A DNA stretch of 64,000 bases from NCBI RefSeq assembly GCF_964194025.1, contig NC_134472.1, positions 51,584,001 to 51,648,000 of the forward strand, written 5' to 3'. The notes beneath the pieces were generated by a model. It made no database searches, was not told the DNA's origin, and worked only from the letters and a program-made list of their open reading frames with translations. The position numbers and the translations under genes were made by a program. This DNA is from Convolutriloba macropyga. Its lineage: Eukaryota. This document shows positions 36,786 through 50,131 of this stretch, piece by piece; position 1 is the stretch's first letter, and every line of letters begins with the position of its first letter.

Positions 36786-39700
36786 GAAACAAGGCGGCTC
36801 GGTAATGTGCGATCGCACATAAGGTTCCGACCCCGCTCATCCACAATTTTGGCCTAATTGTCTACCAAATGAGGAACAGATAGAAAAACACAAAAGTATT
36901 TTTCAAAAAAAGAACTGGTGTATGAACGAAAAGATAGACTACAAAGCAAAAAACTCAGTGGAGTAAAAAATGATGCATTAGATTGATGAGATATGCCAAT
37001 TTTAAGAAAGCGATCGAAGACGAACGGCAAAATCAAACAACAACAACAAACATTAATTACATCAAAAAAATTATGTCCGTTTTAAAAAACAAAACTTAAT
37101 AACAAAGTCAAAATAGCGTTTGATAAAACTGAAAATAAACAAAATAACTTGTAATTCACCAGAAAAAAATGGTTGTTCGCCAGTTCATAATGAAGCTCGG
37201 TAACAATTAGACAAAAAAGAACAGAAAGTTTAAAGTTAGAAAATTTGCTGAATTTTTTTTTTTAAATTAATTTCAAAGTAATGAAAACCATTCGGAATCA
37301 ACTAAAATATCCCATAGGTTTACAGTTACCAATGCTTCCTTAGAAGGGAATTAAGAACTCTTGGTATTCAATTTTTTATGCAGCTATAAAAAGAACAACA
37401 AATAGACAACAAACTAAAAATCAAATAAAACTTGCCATAAAATGCTTTGGAAGCCGTAAAGCCATACTTTGGCCCCCAAAAAATGTTCGATTGCACCTTC
37501 GTCAAACACCGATACTGTATTATCTGGCCGCTCAATAATGAAAATAAGCAATAATTAGACAAAAAAATGCAAAATTATGTAATACTTGTTTTCTTTCGAA
37601 AGAAAATTATTTCCAAAAACATGAAAGCCATAAATTACAAAATGAAAAAGTTGAGTAGGTTCGACCATTCTTCCATAGGAAACCCTTGAAACCTGCAATT
37701 ATCCTGAATACGTCTTGCGCCTACAAAAAGAACGTCAAAAATGACAAAAATCAAAAATTCATTTACTTTTTTTTTGTGAAAAACCCTTGTGGAAGCCAGT
37801 AAAATCATAACGAATTCTCTTAAAACATTAGATTTTGTGACGCCAATCCCTTTTGACACCTTCCCTTGAAATGTATTATGTGACTTCTCATTAATGAAAC
37901 TAGTTAACAATTAGACCAAAAAAAAGCAAGATTATGTAAAACTTGTTTTTATCGAATTTTTTTTTTTCCAAACACATGAAAGCCATTAATTACAAAATGA
38001 AAAAGTTGAATAGGTTCGTTTATTCTTCCAAAGGAAGCCCCCGAGAACTGCAATTAACCAGAACACGTCTTACATCTACAAAAAGAACGTCAAAATGACA
38101 AAAATCAAAAATTAGTTTACTTTTTTTTGTGAAAAGCGCGTGTCGAAGCCAGTAAATTCATAACGAATTTTTTTTAAAAACGTTAGATTTTGTGACACCA
38201 ATCCCTTTTGACACATTCCCCTGACAAAATTAATGTCACCTTTAACCTTTAATTAACGAGACCAGGTAACAAACAGACAATAAAATGAACAAAATTGCGA
38301 AGTTGAAATGTTTTTTTTTTCACTTTGGAAAACAATTGTTTTCGAAGTCATGAAAGCCATTATCTATCTTCTAATATCAGAACGTCTGCTCATCTACTCT
38401 TCCAGGAAAAGCCAACCAAACCAGGTCATTTTACAGGAACTTAAATGCGACTAAAAAGACAAAGTAAAAACGACAGTTAAAGACAAAATTAAAAAATTCA
38501 ATTAAATTCTTCGAGAAAGTATTGTCGAAGCGGCAAAGAACCACAATCTATATCTTTAAGGATTTCAATATTATCAATTGTGCGTTATTTTGAACGCGAA
38601 AAATGTGATATACGAGCTGACAATAACGTGATAATTTGACAAAATTAGAAAACAAGAAAAATGGGCAAATACCTAAATTTTTTTAAAAAATTTGTGAAAT
38701 CTAGTAGTATCCAAGCCAGAACACCATAACTTAAGGCGTAAAACCGCAATAAATACTAAATTTGAATTCAGCAGAAAGAAGGAGCGCTCTTTGATTGCCG
38801 ACACTAAGCTACAAGTTGACCAAAGTAAGAGAAAAATGGAGGCAAAATTCAATAAGCCATTTTTTATTTAAAAATCAAATATTTTAAGTCAAAACGACCA
38901 TCAGCTTTCAATCACCTAGATAAATTAATTTTGAGCAATTTGGGAAGCCAATAGGACATATCACTAGTGAGCTTTGATTGAAATGTTCTGTTATTTGATT
39001 AATATAAAAAAGATCGTATTTTTTTTTAAAAAACCGACTGATGACAATCCGAATTATTTTTGGATTGTAACGGTCCAAGATTGGTACAGAACTAGTCCTG
39101 CTAATGTTGATTGTCCATTAGGAATATTTAATTTTTGGAATGTCATTGATAGAGATATTTTGTTCGTTAAAAAGTCAAAAGTAAATGCTGCGTTTTTGAT
39201 AATCAACGAAAAAAGTTAGCAAAAAACGGCAAAGTTTTTTTTACAGAGCACTCCCAACGGAAGTTGAAGTGGATTTAGCCACCATTTCAGTCTAAAAAGA
39301 TTGTGTTAGTGGTTTTGGAAGTGCACTGCCTGCAAATTTAATCAGAGTGGACTAAAGAAACTTATTTCGTGCTGTTTTTGATGAAAGAGTCTGAATTTTG
39401 TGAAATTTTTAGCCGGAATTTGTGACAAAAAATTCAATGAAAATAGCCGACAATGTATTTTGTCTTTAAACGTAAAATCAACAACATTTTCATGAAAAAT
39501 TTTATTAAATTTTAACAAAATTGGCGACATTTTAGTCAAAAATTCCGAAAAAAGGTGAATGAAATCAACGGAATTCACTCTATTTTCTCAAAAGTTTAAA
39601 CCTCGATATCTCCCTGTCAAAAACGAAAATCAAAAACATCTTTTTAATTCCATATTCTACGCTGGACAAGCTTTCTAATGATACCAGTCTCAACTCTCTA

Positions 39701-39794
39701 CGATGAATATATCGATCGGACAGAATTGACTGAACAAAAAAAACCCAGTTGAGTATATAGTTCCTCCACCCCTCAAGAGGGGTCGGAACAAAAA
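36786..39794 (-). mobile_element. HINE-like element family A, ~3 kb, with internal ~355 bp tandem repeats
   Basis: 16 bp palindrome atgtgcgatcgcacat 36805-36820; subTIR gttccgacccc 36824-36834 / ggggtcggaac 39779-39789; terminal hairpin acccctc-aa-gaggggt; A-runs at both ends; internal unit anchors at 37205, 37553, 37909, 38271. Confidence 0.75.
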
Positions 39795-40841
39795 TTCCCT
39801 GTGGAGCATCAAAATTGATTAGAAAAAATTCAAAGCAAACTTTTCAGTCTCAAAAAATAACTTATATGAAATGAATGTCACGTCACATCTTTCTTTGAGG
39901 GACCTGAGTTGAACAAAGTTACAAAACGGTTGTTTTGAAATTCTCGATTTCTTTTGTGAAACCCTCAACGGTCAAAACTATTGACTAATTTCTTTACATT
40001 GTTCCTTGGTTCTAAAACGTAATTCAAAAGACCCGTTTGGACGGTAAATACAAGTATGAACCCTTGTTTAAAAATGTTTAATTTTTTTAATTCTGTTTAA
40101 TTTATTGAAGTTCATAATTACAGCTTTCTGTTGGAACACCAAGCAGAGCAAAATTATTGATTTAAGGACCTGGTGTCCTTATTCTCTACAATTTCAACAA
40201 ATCAAATTGGCCCGAAAAACTGAAACAACAGAAATGTTTCAGAATGAGAGCAAATTGGAAGAAAGATTTCAAACCATTACGAGTAAGCCCTAACAATCGT
40301 AACTATTCAGCCCTAAGTGAACGTCAGAGAGCTGAATCATGCCATAAATAGGAGCAAAATACATAAGAAAACAAACAGAAAAACAGCGCATTGAATGAGA
40401 AGTTAGCAAAAATCCGGTAGAACTGCAATTTCAGATCTATCTGCTAAATTGTGGAGAACTAAACTACTTTTGCTTTAGATCAAAAGAAATTTGTCAGCAG
40501 TCTAAGGCAAATTTTTGGACAGAAACCGACGAAGTGAGTGAAAGGGGCAATTAAGATTATTTTTAAACGAAAGAGCAGAATACTAAAAATCCAGTAGTAC
40601 TAATTTCAGATCCCAGATCAATGTTTACTCTAGTAGAATAGTAGCTCTTTATCTTCAGTAAGGCTATATTGCAACTTATTTCGGGAAGCGTACTTGACAA
40701 AAATAGACAAAATCAGATAACAATGACAGAATTGAGGCGAGTTTTGTGCAAGCACTAAATAATAAAAAAATCACTTTTCGCACAAAAGTCCGGTCGATTG
40801 ATTCATCGACGATAAGATGCCCGAAAAGAGCTAAAAATGAA

Positions 40842-41307
40842 AACATCGGCAGTCTAAAGATCAGCAGTCTAAAAAAACAGTAAAACAGACAGACCAAATA
40901 AATTTGGTCTTTTCATTGAAGGCTGATCTGTTATATTTTGATTAAAAATCTGTATTAAGTTATTGCTGCCTCTATTAGCTGACCTCAAATAACCTTCATT
41001 TAGAGTGACACACACCCATTTGACCTTATCTCTTTGAATTAAATTTAAAAAAGTCTATTTCAAATTGAGAAGTCATTTTTGAGAGAGGTAAGTCAAGTTT
41101 GACCAAAAATTTAAAAACGCGTATGAACAAAAAAACTCGCTCCACTAAGAGCGAAAAATGACGTCACACATGCAATTCAGTTGAAATTGCATGAACGAAT
41201 GAACAAAAAGTGGCTGTTACGTCATTTGGTCGTAACAAAAATCAACGACGAAATAAAAAAAACAAGAGAAGGCCAATAATAGCCCCAGCTATCGCTGTGC
41301 GGCTATT
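40842..41307 (-). mobile_element. Internally deleted HINE family C copy inserted in an A-run without TSD
   Basis: Absent from the paralogous unit (empty site gctaaaaattaaaatgactaaac at ~43058-43080); ends aaacatcggc ... aatagcc..tgcggctatt as in 16940-18608. Confidence 0.75.
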
Positions 41308-41704
41308 AATGACTAAACTAATAGCAGTTGAAGATAACTTCAATTATCACAATTTAGAGAATGAATTTTATTACTTAACTTTATGCAAAAATCTTGTCAA
41401 AAACAGACAAAGGGAGCGAAAAGGGCATTAAAACCACTTCAGAAAACAACAAAAGCAGAACAATCAAAATAGCCAGCAAAACTAAACAGAATGTTATTGT
41501 AGATGGTAGAATTCCAGATAGCTTTTTATTTTCTAGGTTATAACGAAGCCTACTTCACAAAATCAGCCAAGAAGGGCTAATTTTAAGCCATTTTTGATCA
41601 GAAGCAAACTAATTTTTTTTTAAAACTTCTAATCAAATTGGCCCATAAAACTGAAATAAAGAAATGTTTCAGAATGATAGTGAATTGGAAGAAAATTCTC
41701 TAAC

Positions 41705-42496
41705 TGTACAGAAGTGTGCTACACTCAGGAACACTGTTTGATAAGCGGTGCTAAATTGAGAATTTAGGTCATAGTGCGTGAAGCAAAAACTTGATTTGGA
41801 AAAAAAACCAATTTAACATGCGAACAAATTGCTTAGTAGATTTGAGTAAACTACAATTTTAAGATCACTAACTCAAACTAAAAATACTATGACGTGACTT
41901 ATCACACCACTATGACAACACCAACTCAATCTTGATAATTCTGTCGACACTTATCTCTATCTAATAAGATACTAGAGATAAGCGTGTCCGCAAATATAAA
42001 AGGAGCTTGCACGCTCAACTACCAACACTTCTTGGTCCCCGATAGGTTCAGAATTAAATGATACGACCGTATTGCTCCCTTGCTTAAATTGCATCTTACT
42101 AGAGATATATTTTAACTTTGTGACTAGTTCTTAACTAAAAACTCTCTAAGTCAGAAAATATTAACTTTTGGAAATAAGGTAAGTTCAACATACCTTCTTT
42201 AAGTTATATGTTAACATCTCTTAAATTCTATCTAAGCTACAAGTTTAACTTAGAAGAAATCATCCTGTGCTAACCAGTGCTATTTCAATCTTAATAACTT
42301 CACTTTTCTATCTTTCATGCTCGGTTCATAGTTGATGACGTTCAACATAACTTATTAATTCATATTTGCATTTAACTTTCTTTACTACTCAACTATATAC
42401 CAAACGTAGAACTAGGGGGTTGAACTCTCAAGTTATCCAGATGGTCCCGCGATTAACCCCGTCGTTTAAGTATCTAATGTACGGACCAGTAGTATA
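41705..42496 (+). mobile_element. Solo LTR (792 bp) with 4 bp TSD TAAC
   Basis: taac|tgtac ... gtata|taac (TG..CA with a C>T change); TATAAAA at ~41995; absent from the paralogous unit at ~40270. Confidence 0.7.
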
Positions 42497-44404
42497 TAAC
42501 CATTACCAGTAAGTCCTAAAAATCGTAACAATTCAGCTCTAAATGAACGTCAGACAGCTGAAACATGCCAAACTTAGGATCAAAATAAATACAAAAACAA
42601 ACGACAGAAAAACAGAATTGAATGAGAAGCTAGCAAAAATCCGGTAGAACTGCAATTTCAGATCTATTTGCTAAATTGTGGAGAACTATACTTTTGCTTT
42701 AGATCAAAAGAAATTTGTCAGCAGTCTAAGGGCAATTTTTCGACAGAAACCGACGAAGTGAGTGAAAGGGGCAATTAAGTTTATTTTTAAACGAAAGAGC
42801 AGAATACTAAAAATCCAGTAGTACTAATTTCAGATCCCAGATCAATGTTTACTCTAGTAGAATAGTAGCTCTTTATCTTCCGTAAGGCTATATTGCAACT
42901 TATTTCGGGAAGCGTACTTGACAAAAATAGACAAAATCAGATAACAATGACTGAATTGAGGCGAGTTTTGTGCAAGAACCAAATTATCAAAAAAATCAAC
43001 AATTTTTGCACAGAAGTCCGGCCCATTGAGTCATCGACGATAAGATGCCCAGTAAGAGCTAAAAATTAAAATGACTAAACTAACTAATAGAAGCTGAAGA
43101 TAACTTCAATTATCACAATTCAGAGAATTAATTTCAGTACTTAGCTGAATGCGAAAATCTTGTCAAAAGCAGACAAAGTGAGCGAAAAGGGCAAGCAGAA
43201 CAATCAAAATAGCCAGCAGAACAAACCAGAATGGCATTATAGATAGAATCCCAGATCGCTTTTTCTTTTCTAGAAGGTTGTATTATAAGTTATAACGAAA
43301 GCGTACTTGACAAAATCAGCCAAGAAGGGCTGACTTTAGGCCATTTTTGATCAGAAGCCAACTAAATTATTAAAAAATTGAGAGCTTTAGAACAAAAAGT
43401 CAAGCCGATTGATTCATCAAAGAATGAGGTAGCCAAATGTAAATGACTTAAGTAATAGCAGTATGTTGAAGCCTTAAAACAGCTTCAATTATCCAAATTC
43501 AGAGACTGAATTGTGCTACCAAATATTCTGATGTAAAAAACCAGATATTTTTGACAGAAACAGACAAAGTGAGCAAAAAAAGTCATATAAGCCCGTTTTA
43601 AACGAAAGTAGAAAAATGAAATTATCCAGCAGACCTAACTCCAGATTGATGTTTTATATAGTAGAATCCCAAAAAGCTATCTAGTTTAAGTACGGTGATA
43701 TCACAAGTTATCACGGGAGCGTACAAACCACATTTAGCAAAGTCAGCTTAATATGACTAATTTGAGGAGTTCTGATTTTAAGAAATGCACAGAAGTCCAG
43801 CCGATTGACTCATCAACGCATTATATTTCTAGCAGTATGTTGAATCCTCTAGCCTATTCATTTATTCAAATTCACAGAAAAATTTTTACTGAAGCAAATA
43901 GATTCAATCGACAACCATGATACAGCGAAGTGAATTGTTTTAATTATTTACTATATACGATGGACTTAAATGCACGGTGGAGCACCGGCTGTAAAACAAT
44001 AATAGAAAAATTTAAATTTAGCGATATACAATATATCTCACTAGAATTCAAGTCGTTTCGAATCAAATTTTAATTTTTAGACATTATCAACATACTTCCA
44101 GACTATCACTGATTTGAATTCCTGTGTCATAAATGTTCTTTACAAAATGTATATACTAATTTCAAAATATCAGGAAAAATTCTGGACACAAGAGATTGGC
44201 TTCGCTAAAAAACTATACTTACCTAGGTAGTTTCAAAAGTTTAACAAAATTAAGCACGCAAAAATCAGCGAACAAGAAGTCGCAGAAGTATTAAATGACA
44301 TTAAATATAAAGGTACATGTCAAAACACATCTTGAGGAACCTGACTCAAAACTCATCAGAATTATTTTCTAATGACAAAATCTCTCAAAAGAAGACAATT
44401 TTCT

Positions 44405-44783
44405 AAACAGACTGACAAAGGCAGGATGAATTGCTCTCGAACGACAGGCGGAGTGATTTAATGTAGAGTGGGTGTAGCTTAGAAATGTTTCATAGGTGCA
44501 AAAATCGTCCGACCCAACAGAGGTTCGAACCCCGGACCTCCAATCTGCCAGTCCAACAAATAGTCCACTTAGTTACAATGGCGTTGATCCTTTGTCGTCA
44601 CAATCTCTTTCATATTCAATAGTAACTGAGATCAAAAATGAAGAACTCAAGCGTGAAAAGTCACTCAAGAAATTAAAGAATGTTGTAGAGCAAAAGCGCG
44701 AAAACGGTCAAGCAAAAATTTTGCAAGAAAAAAGACACGCACATTTACAATAATTGCTTCAAACTTCGTTCGAGTACAATTAA
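44405..44783 (-). mobile_element. HINE-like element family B with tRNA-like Pol III cassette
   Basis: subTIR aattgctctcgaacga 44429-44444 / tcgttcgagtacaatt 44766-44781; B box ggttcgaacc 44522-44531; colinear with 13448-13845. Confidence 0.75.
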
Positions 44784-45337
44784 TAGTTGCAATTCAGATG
44801 ATAAATTCTAGACAAAATGTCGAAGATCAAAATCTTTGTAATACTGACAGCGTCACTGAGATGCGAGTCTGAGGACCTAATATGTTAACATTGAAGGTTC
44901 TCAATTGATTTTAGGAGTTAAAATTTAGATTTTAAAATACCGCCGCAGAATTCTCAGCAAATCGTTAATGGGATATGACAAGACCTTGATTTTACCACGA
45001 CGAAAATTGACAGCTTTCAAATCATTGACACTGCAACTATCATTATAAAAAGACGGTTCGACATTTTTCGAACTCAGAACTTTAGGAACAGTTTGAGACA
45101 AAACTCGAATTAGTTTGAGACATATATTTGAAAGAGAAAAAGTAACAAAGACTACATAAGATTTGGAAAAATAATTCATCACAATAAGAATTAGATTTGT
45201 GTCCAGAAGAAAGACTTCCTCAGATGTCCAATATCACCGACTTGGCTGAAGCATTTCAAACATTCTCTTGGCCAGCGCAAGCCATGCAACCATGTCAAAA
45301 TCTGACTTCCTAATGACATTTCTGCTGCAATACATTT

Positions 45338-48300
45338 TCAGTTTAGAGATCCTCTACAGAGGGGACTTGCACATAGGCAGGGTATTTTGTCATCTTCAAG
45401 GGGGAACTTATAGTCATAAGTGATTTCCCCGCCGGCAGGAATTTCCTCTTTGGAATAAATTACGATTCTTTTTGTTTCGTCAACTGTTAATATTTTGGCG
45501 GTACAGTTGGGTGTACAGGAGTGGTTTATAAAGCGACCAAAGTTACCACATTTTGTCGCGTCTATGATTGTTTCGTGATCTATTCTAAACAAATAACTGC
45601 TTCCAATGCCAATCTTTTCATAACTTTTTTCGCGATTATCTGCCACTTGTTGCCTGATAACTTGGCCAACATACTCTATAACCATCTCATCGGCAGGAAT
45701 AGTTTCCAGAGCAAACAGACCCCAGTTGTGAATTCTACTTTTGCCAAAGGTCAGTTTCTTTTTTCTGAAGTGAAGCTGGTTGTACTTCATTAATTCTGAG
45801 TCGTACTCTGCAGCTTGTGATATAGACATTAACTGTCGCTGTTCTAATCTAGCACCTCTTGATAATGTTGTGGAGCTGGTAGTTGAGGTGCTGCTGGATA
45901 ATCTGGAATCCAAGTCACTAACATACTCAACCTGCCGCACTAGCAATTGATTGGATGAACTTCTCTTGGAGGGAGCTTTCGCTGCTGTCTTTTTCGATTC
46001 TTTTTCATACAGCCTACACCTCGCACATGTGCCAGGAGGAGGAAGGTCGTCTTGATTTTGGTTCGTCGCTTTCCTGCGCTTGGCTGGACGCTCCGGTGAC
46101 GGTGCAGGTACACAATTTGAATCGACCCATTGACCACCATGGAGTTCAGGGTTTGATTCCATTTCGAGGTAGGCGTTCCTGAGAAACTTGAAGTCTTCTG
46201 AATCCAAACCATCAGTAACAAAACTTTTCAAGATGTCCATTTCTTCATCCGTGTCTCGCAACCTGCTTTCAATTTTGGGTTTTTCAGGCAAACCAGAGCT
46301 GCTCGAACTATCTCGACCCATTCTTGATACCTGATCAAAAGTTTCTTCAATTAATCTTTCAATCGCTGTTTTTCGTTTCTTCTGCTTCGGTTGTTCTTCC
46401 GGTACAATTTCAGTAACATCTTCTGTCGGCTCTATTGCACGTTTCCTTGAAGAAATTTCAGTTACTTGTTTTACATCTGGTGAGGTTTGTTCTTTAGATT
46501 TTGACTGCACTATTTGTGGTGGCTTTATTTCAAGTGGAACTGCTGCATAGCAGTGATCAACAGGAATACTAGACAACATTTCAGCATGCTCTTTATTTTC
46601 ATCATTTTCGGAAGCGGAGCCCAAATTTGCCTCAGATTCCAATCGCGAAAAGATTCCGATATGGTTGTCCTTATCTGAAGTACCGTCTTCCTTCAAATTC
46701 TCAATAGCCGAATCTTCATCACAAGGCTGCGAACCAACCGAGGCTTTGTCAATAGTTGCATTAACTTTTGACTCACCAGGTGATACGTTTTCTGCTTCAT
46801 CTATCGTATCATCTTCACTGCTGACTTCAGGCTTGGCAATTTCAGATTCAGGCACCTCAACTTCGCTTCGATTCCGGTTCACATCAGGCTCCTTTTCATC
46901 GTCTGAAACTTCTGTTGTACCTCCCTCTTCCTCGTCTTCACTCTCGGACTCTGAAGACTCTTCTTCGGATAATTCGGATTCAGAGCTTTCTTCCTTGATA
47001 CCAGAGACTCGACGTTTACGCGCTGTTTCCGGTTCTTCATCCTCGCTGTCGGAGTATATTTTACTTGCAACTTTTTTAGACCAAGTTGTCTTGTTATCTG
47101 TTGTACCAAGATTTTCGACATTGTCATTATCTTTGTCGGATCCTAATGACTTATCATTCGCGTCCGCTAGATTCTTCAAATTACTAAACAAAGGTTCAAT
47201 TTTATGTTCTGATCTGCTGTCTTGGGTCAGATTTTCAGTGTTTCTTAAAGCTTCAGGCTTCTTCCTGATTCTGAAACTTGACATTGACATCACAGATTTG
47301 AAACCGAAACCAGAAATACTGCGGGAGGTCCGACCGTTCATTAAGGATGAGAGGTCCAGCAGCGGTGCCAACGTTTCCGGCTCTTTAAACCCACTGGAAG
47401 GCTTTTTGTTTTCTTGATCTTCCCGGGTCAATTTAACAGCTTGCTCTTGTAAACGTTTAAGTTTTTCGGTTTCATCGTCAAACCAGTAATCTAGCTCCCT
47501 ATACGCAATACTTTCTACCATCCTTCTGTGAATGTCTCGTTTCAATATTGTTCTTATATCTTGCAGAAGCTTTCGAACCGATTCATTTGTCAGCACCTCA
47601 ATTTTTTCTCGCATTGGCGGCTTCGCTGGTTTCACATTTTGCCCTTCAAACGGAACTGCTGGGGCGAGTAGTGGAGTGCCATCAGGCCCAAAAGCTTGCA
47701 TTAAATTTGGGTTCTGAGGCTGGATAAAATTAGTTGTCAAGGAAGGCTGAGGGTAATCTGCAGTCAGCTGTGTATTGTAAGCTTGCGGGTTCACAGCTGT
47801 ATTAGGGAGCATTTGGAAACTGTTTTGATAGTTTTGCTGAATTACAATTTTAGAGCGCTTTTGTTGGTCTTCGGCATCGCTCAAAGGCGATAACATCATA
47901 TCGTCATCTGCATTTTGTGATTGTGATACTGGAATTGTGGTCGATACAAACGTCTGACCATTTGGCAATACAACTGTTGTTTGGCCTACAGTTTGCTGGG
48001 TAAAAGATACATTTTGCCCAGCCATAATTGAAGTGTTTATGGAATTCAAAGTCATTGCTTGGGACTGTTGAGGAAGACTAAGCATACTTTGAGTCGGAGC
48101 TTGAGAAGTTGGACTTTTTGGAATATCTGATTGTCCAGTTTCCTTGCTGCTATTATGTTCTTCTTGCTCCAGCATCTCTTCATCAGAAGAGAACTCATCG
48201 TAGTCGGGATTATTCTTAGTACTTTTGCCCAACAGCTCGTTGATTCTGTCGTCCAGACTTTTCTGGTTATGCTGGATAGTAACAGCCATTTCCGGCTCTT

Positions 48301-49759
48301 CGTTGCTCTCGTTGTCCTTTTCGGTGTCCTCATTATCTTCTGTGCTTTCGGCAGTTTCACTCCCAGAATCGTCTGATTTATCAACGGAGAGCCCATTAGT
48401 TGTCGGCTTGTCCGGTTCGTCTGAGTCAGTTTGAGACTTTGGAATAAAATCACCTTCGGGAGATTTGGCCATTGCTATTTCTTTCTCAATGGTAGCCTTT
48501 TCCACGCTATACTTTGTTGAGTGGTATTGAGGGTTCTGCACAATTGACTTCATAAGCTGGTCTAATTTCTCCATGCCTGAGGGAAGTTCGGGAATACTTT
48601 TAGAGGGATAGCTTTTCTCAGGTACTTGCTGCTCAGTTTTCGGTCGAGGAGATCGCTCGCGATTAGCGTCTCTAAACATGGAAATGTTTGAAGAACTATT
48701 ATGATTGATATTATTATAGGACACGCTATTTGATTTCGCAGGCATTTCCGAATGTCGACCCGATCTCGAATTCTCTGGCAAGTGATTATTAGTTGTTGCA
48801 GAATGATTTTGTTTATTGTTGTTCACTGCACTACTAGTGTGGTGGCTATTCACTGGCCTTTGATTTTTTGGCAAGGAGCCAGAGAAGGTCAAATTTGGTT
48901 TTCCTGACTGGGTATCGAAAACTAGTTTGTTTTGCATTGCTAACTCATAAGCCTCTTGGAGGATAGTCCCTCTCGAGTCAATCATAACATACAAAATATT
49001 TCCCATTGTGGGTTTTTGATGTAAAGCTTGGAGTGCATCTTTGCATGACGTTACCGACTGGAAGACCACGCGTCCAATCCCCAAATGTTTCCGTGTTTTC
49101 TGGTTAGTATAAATCTTGGTTTTCTCTAAAGCTCCAAATGCCGAGCACATTTCATGCAAGAAATCATTGTTTATGTTGTCATTTAAATTGCATATAGTTA
49201 ACTCTCGAGCGGGGGGAACGCCAACATAGTTTTCATCGACAGTAAATTTGGGAAGCGGCAGATCGGCAACTTCTACTGACAGCAACCTTACGAATGAGTT
49301 TCTCGGATCGTGGACAATGTTTAGACTGGCGCTACCACTGTGCACGCCCGATCCCAATGGATCTCCTGGTTCCTTGCCATCGTAACGGTAGACGAGGCGA
49401 GATCCCTCATCAATCATGGGATCTGAGATGAGCCGATATGCACTGAAATTGTGAGGTCTGTGAGAGGCGGCAGTTCCGACAAACACCGAGGCATTCTGGG
49501 GGTGAACTGTTAATTGTGATTGGTGATGCAAAGTCGAGGGATTAAGAATTGGAGCAGACGGCATCTTTATCGGAACAAAAACTTTATTTTTTCTGGTGAT
49601 CAAATAAACAGTGAAGATGACTTTGGTTCCGATGAACTCAGCAAAAAGATCTGGAAGTCTGACTGAATCCAATGTTGATCCACTGTCGACTCTCGCATGG
49701 CATACCATTAAAGTTACATCTAAAAATAAGTCAGATTCGATCAACAACGAATTGCTCAT
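45338..49759 (-). CDS. SETD1: Histone H3K4 methyltransferase SETD1/Set1 (single uninterrupted ORF; start may be the downstream ATG at 49564)
   Basis: YRLISDP...VYRYDG N-terminus, RRM (NLNDNI...[10 protein letters not shown]), acidic tract, N-SET, SET ([10 protein letters not shown]...[11 protein letters not shown]...ITYDY), post-[16 protein letters not shown]. Confidence 0.96.
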   Translation of the reverse strand: MSNSLLIESDLFLDVTLMVCHARVDSGSTLDSVRLPDLFAEFIGTKVIFTVYLITRKNKVFVPIKMPSAPILNPSTLHHQSQLTVHPQNASVFVGTAASHRPHNFSAYRLISDPMIDEGSRLVYRYDGKEPGDPLGSGVHSGSASLNIVHDPRNSFVRLLSVEVADLPLPKFTVDENYVGVPPARELTICNLNDNINNDFLHEMCSAFGALEKTKIYTNQKTRKHLGIGRVVFQSVTSCKDALQALHQKPTMGNILYVMIDSRGTILQEAYELAMQNKLVFDTQSGKPNLTFSGSLPKNQRPVNSHHTSSAVNNNKQNHSATTNNHLPENSRSGRHSEMPAKSNSVSYNNINHNSSSNISMFRDANRERSPRPKTEQQVPEKSYPSKSIPELPSGMEKLDQLMKSIVQNPQYHSTKYSVEKATIEKEIAMAKSPEGDFIPKSQTDSDEPDKPTTNGLSVDKSDDSGSETAESTEDNEDTEKDNESNEEPEMAVTIQHNQKSLDDRINELLGKSTKNNPDYDEFSSDEEMLEQEEHNSSKETGQSDIPKSPTSQAPTQSMLSLPQQSQAMTLNSINTSIMAGQNVSFTQQTVGQTTVVLPNGQTFVSTTIPVSQSQNADDDMMLSPLSDAEDQQKRSKIVIQQNYQNSFQMLPNTAVNPQAYNTQLTADYPQPSLTTNFIQPQNPNLMQAFGPDGTPLLAPAVPFEGQNVKPAKPPMREKIEVLTNESVRKLLQDIRTILKRDIHRRMVESIAYRELDYWFDDETEKLKRLQEQAVKLTREDQENKKPSSGFKEPETLAPLLDLSSLMNGRTSRSISGFGFKSVMSMSSFRIRKKPEALRNTENLTQDSRSEHKIEPLFSNLKNLADANDKSLGSDKDNDNVENLGTTDNKTTWSKKVASKIYSDSEDEEPETARKRRVSGIKEESSESELSEEESSESESEDEEEGGTTEVSDDEKEPDVNRNRSEVEVPESEIAKPEVSSEDDTIDEAENVSPGESKVNATIDKASVGSQPCDEDSAIENLKEDGTSDKDNHIGIFSRLESEANLGSASENDENKEHAEMLSSIPVDHCYAAVPLEIKPPQIVQSKSKEQTSPDVKQVTEISSRKRAIEPTEDVTEIVPEEQPKQKKRKTAIERLIEETFDQVSRMGRDSSSSSGLPEKPKIESRLRDTDEEMDILKSFVTDGLDSEDFKFLRNAYLEMESNPELHGGQWVDSNCVPAPSPERPAKRRKATNQNQDDLPPPGTCARCRLYEKESKKTAAKAPSKRSSSNQLLVRQVEYVSDLDSRLSSSTSTTSSTTLSRGARLEQRQLMSISQAAEYDSELMKYNQLHFRKKKLTFGKSRIHNWGLFALETIPADEMVIEYVGQVIRQQVADNREKSYEKIGIGSSYLFRIDHETIIDATKCGNFGRFINHSCTPNCTAKILTVDETKRIVIYSKEEIPAGGEITYDYKFPLEDDKIPCLCASPLCRGSLN

Positions 49760-50131
49760 CGCTTCAACGAAAGTATTTACTATAATAATTCGGGTACTTT
49801 TATCGATACTGATCAGTATTTCAAGACCACGTTTTCGTTCTTATATCCAATCCCACTAGAAATATCATAGATTACTCAACTAATACGACCTAGGCCCGAT
49901 GACTCATAAAAATCAGTTTCCTTAAAAACAGCGCTCTTAATAGGAACAGCATTGGCTCTCATACACGGTTGAAATAATTGACAGTCAGGTAACATTCTAA
50001 ATCATGAAAAAGTTCACTTGAAGTTAAGTTTACTCGTTTGAACTGATAGACAATTCCTTAAGTTTGAAACTCTTTGTTCGCGCACAATGAAAATAAAAGG
50101 AAGGGCCATATTCAATGCGTACGCTTAAACA

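Larger units (their letters stand above)
40199..43850. repeat. Higher-order tandem repeat: two ~950 bp units built from ~420 bp subunits, each unit interrupted by a different insertion
   Basis: 40295-40840 closely matches 42520-43070; 41308-41610 matches 43070-43360; subunit motif acaga(a)ac..aaagtgagcgaaaagggc recurs at ~40520, 41400, 42745, 43170, 43555. Confidence 0.85.

Noticed and set aside
46665-47417. 250 aa Ser-rich + strand ORF and other antisense ORFs over SETD1, RFC1, MOB3 and the LINE
   Set aside because: Antisense shadows of biased coding sequence, with no independent motifs.
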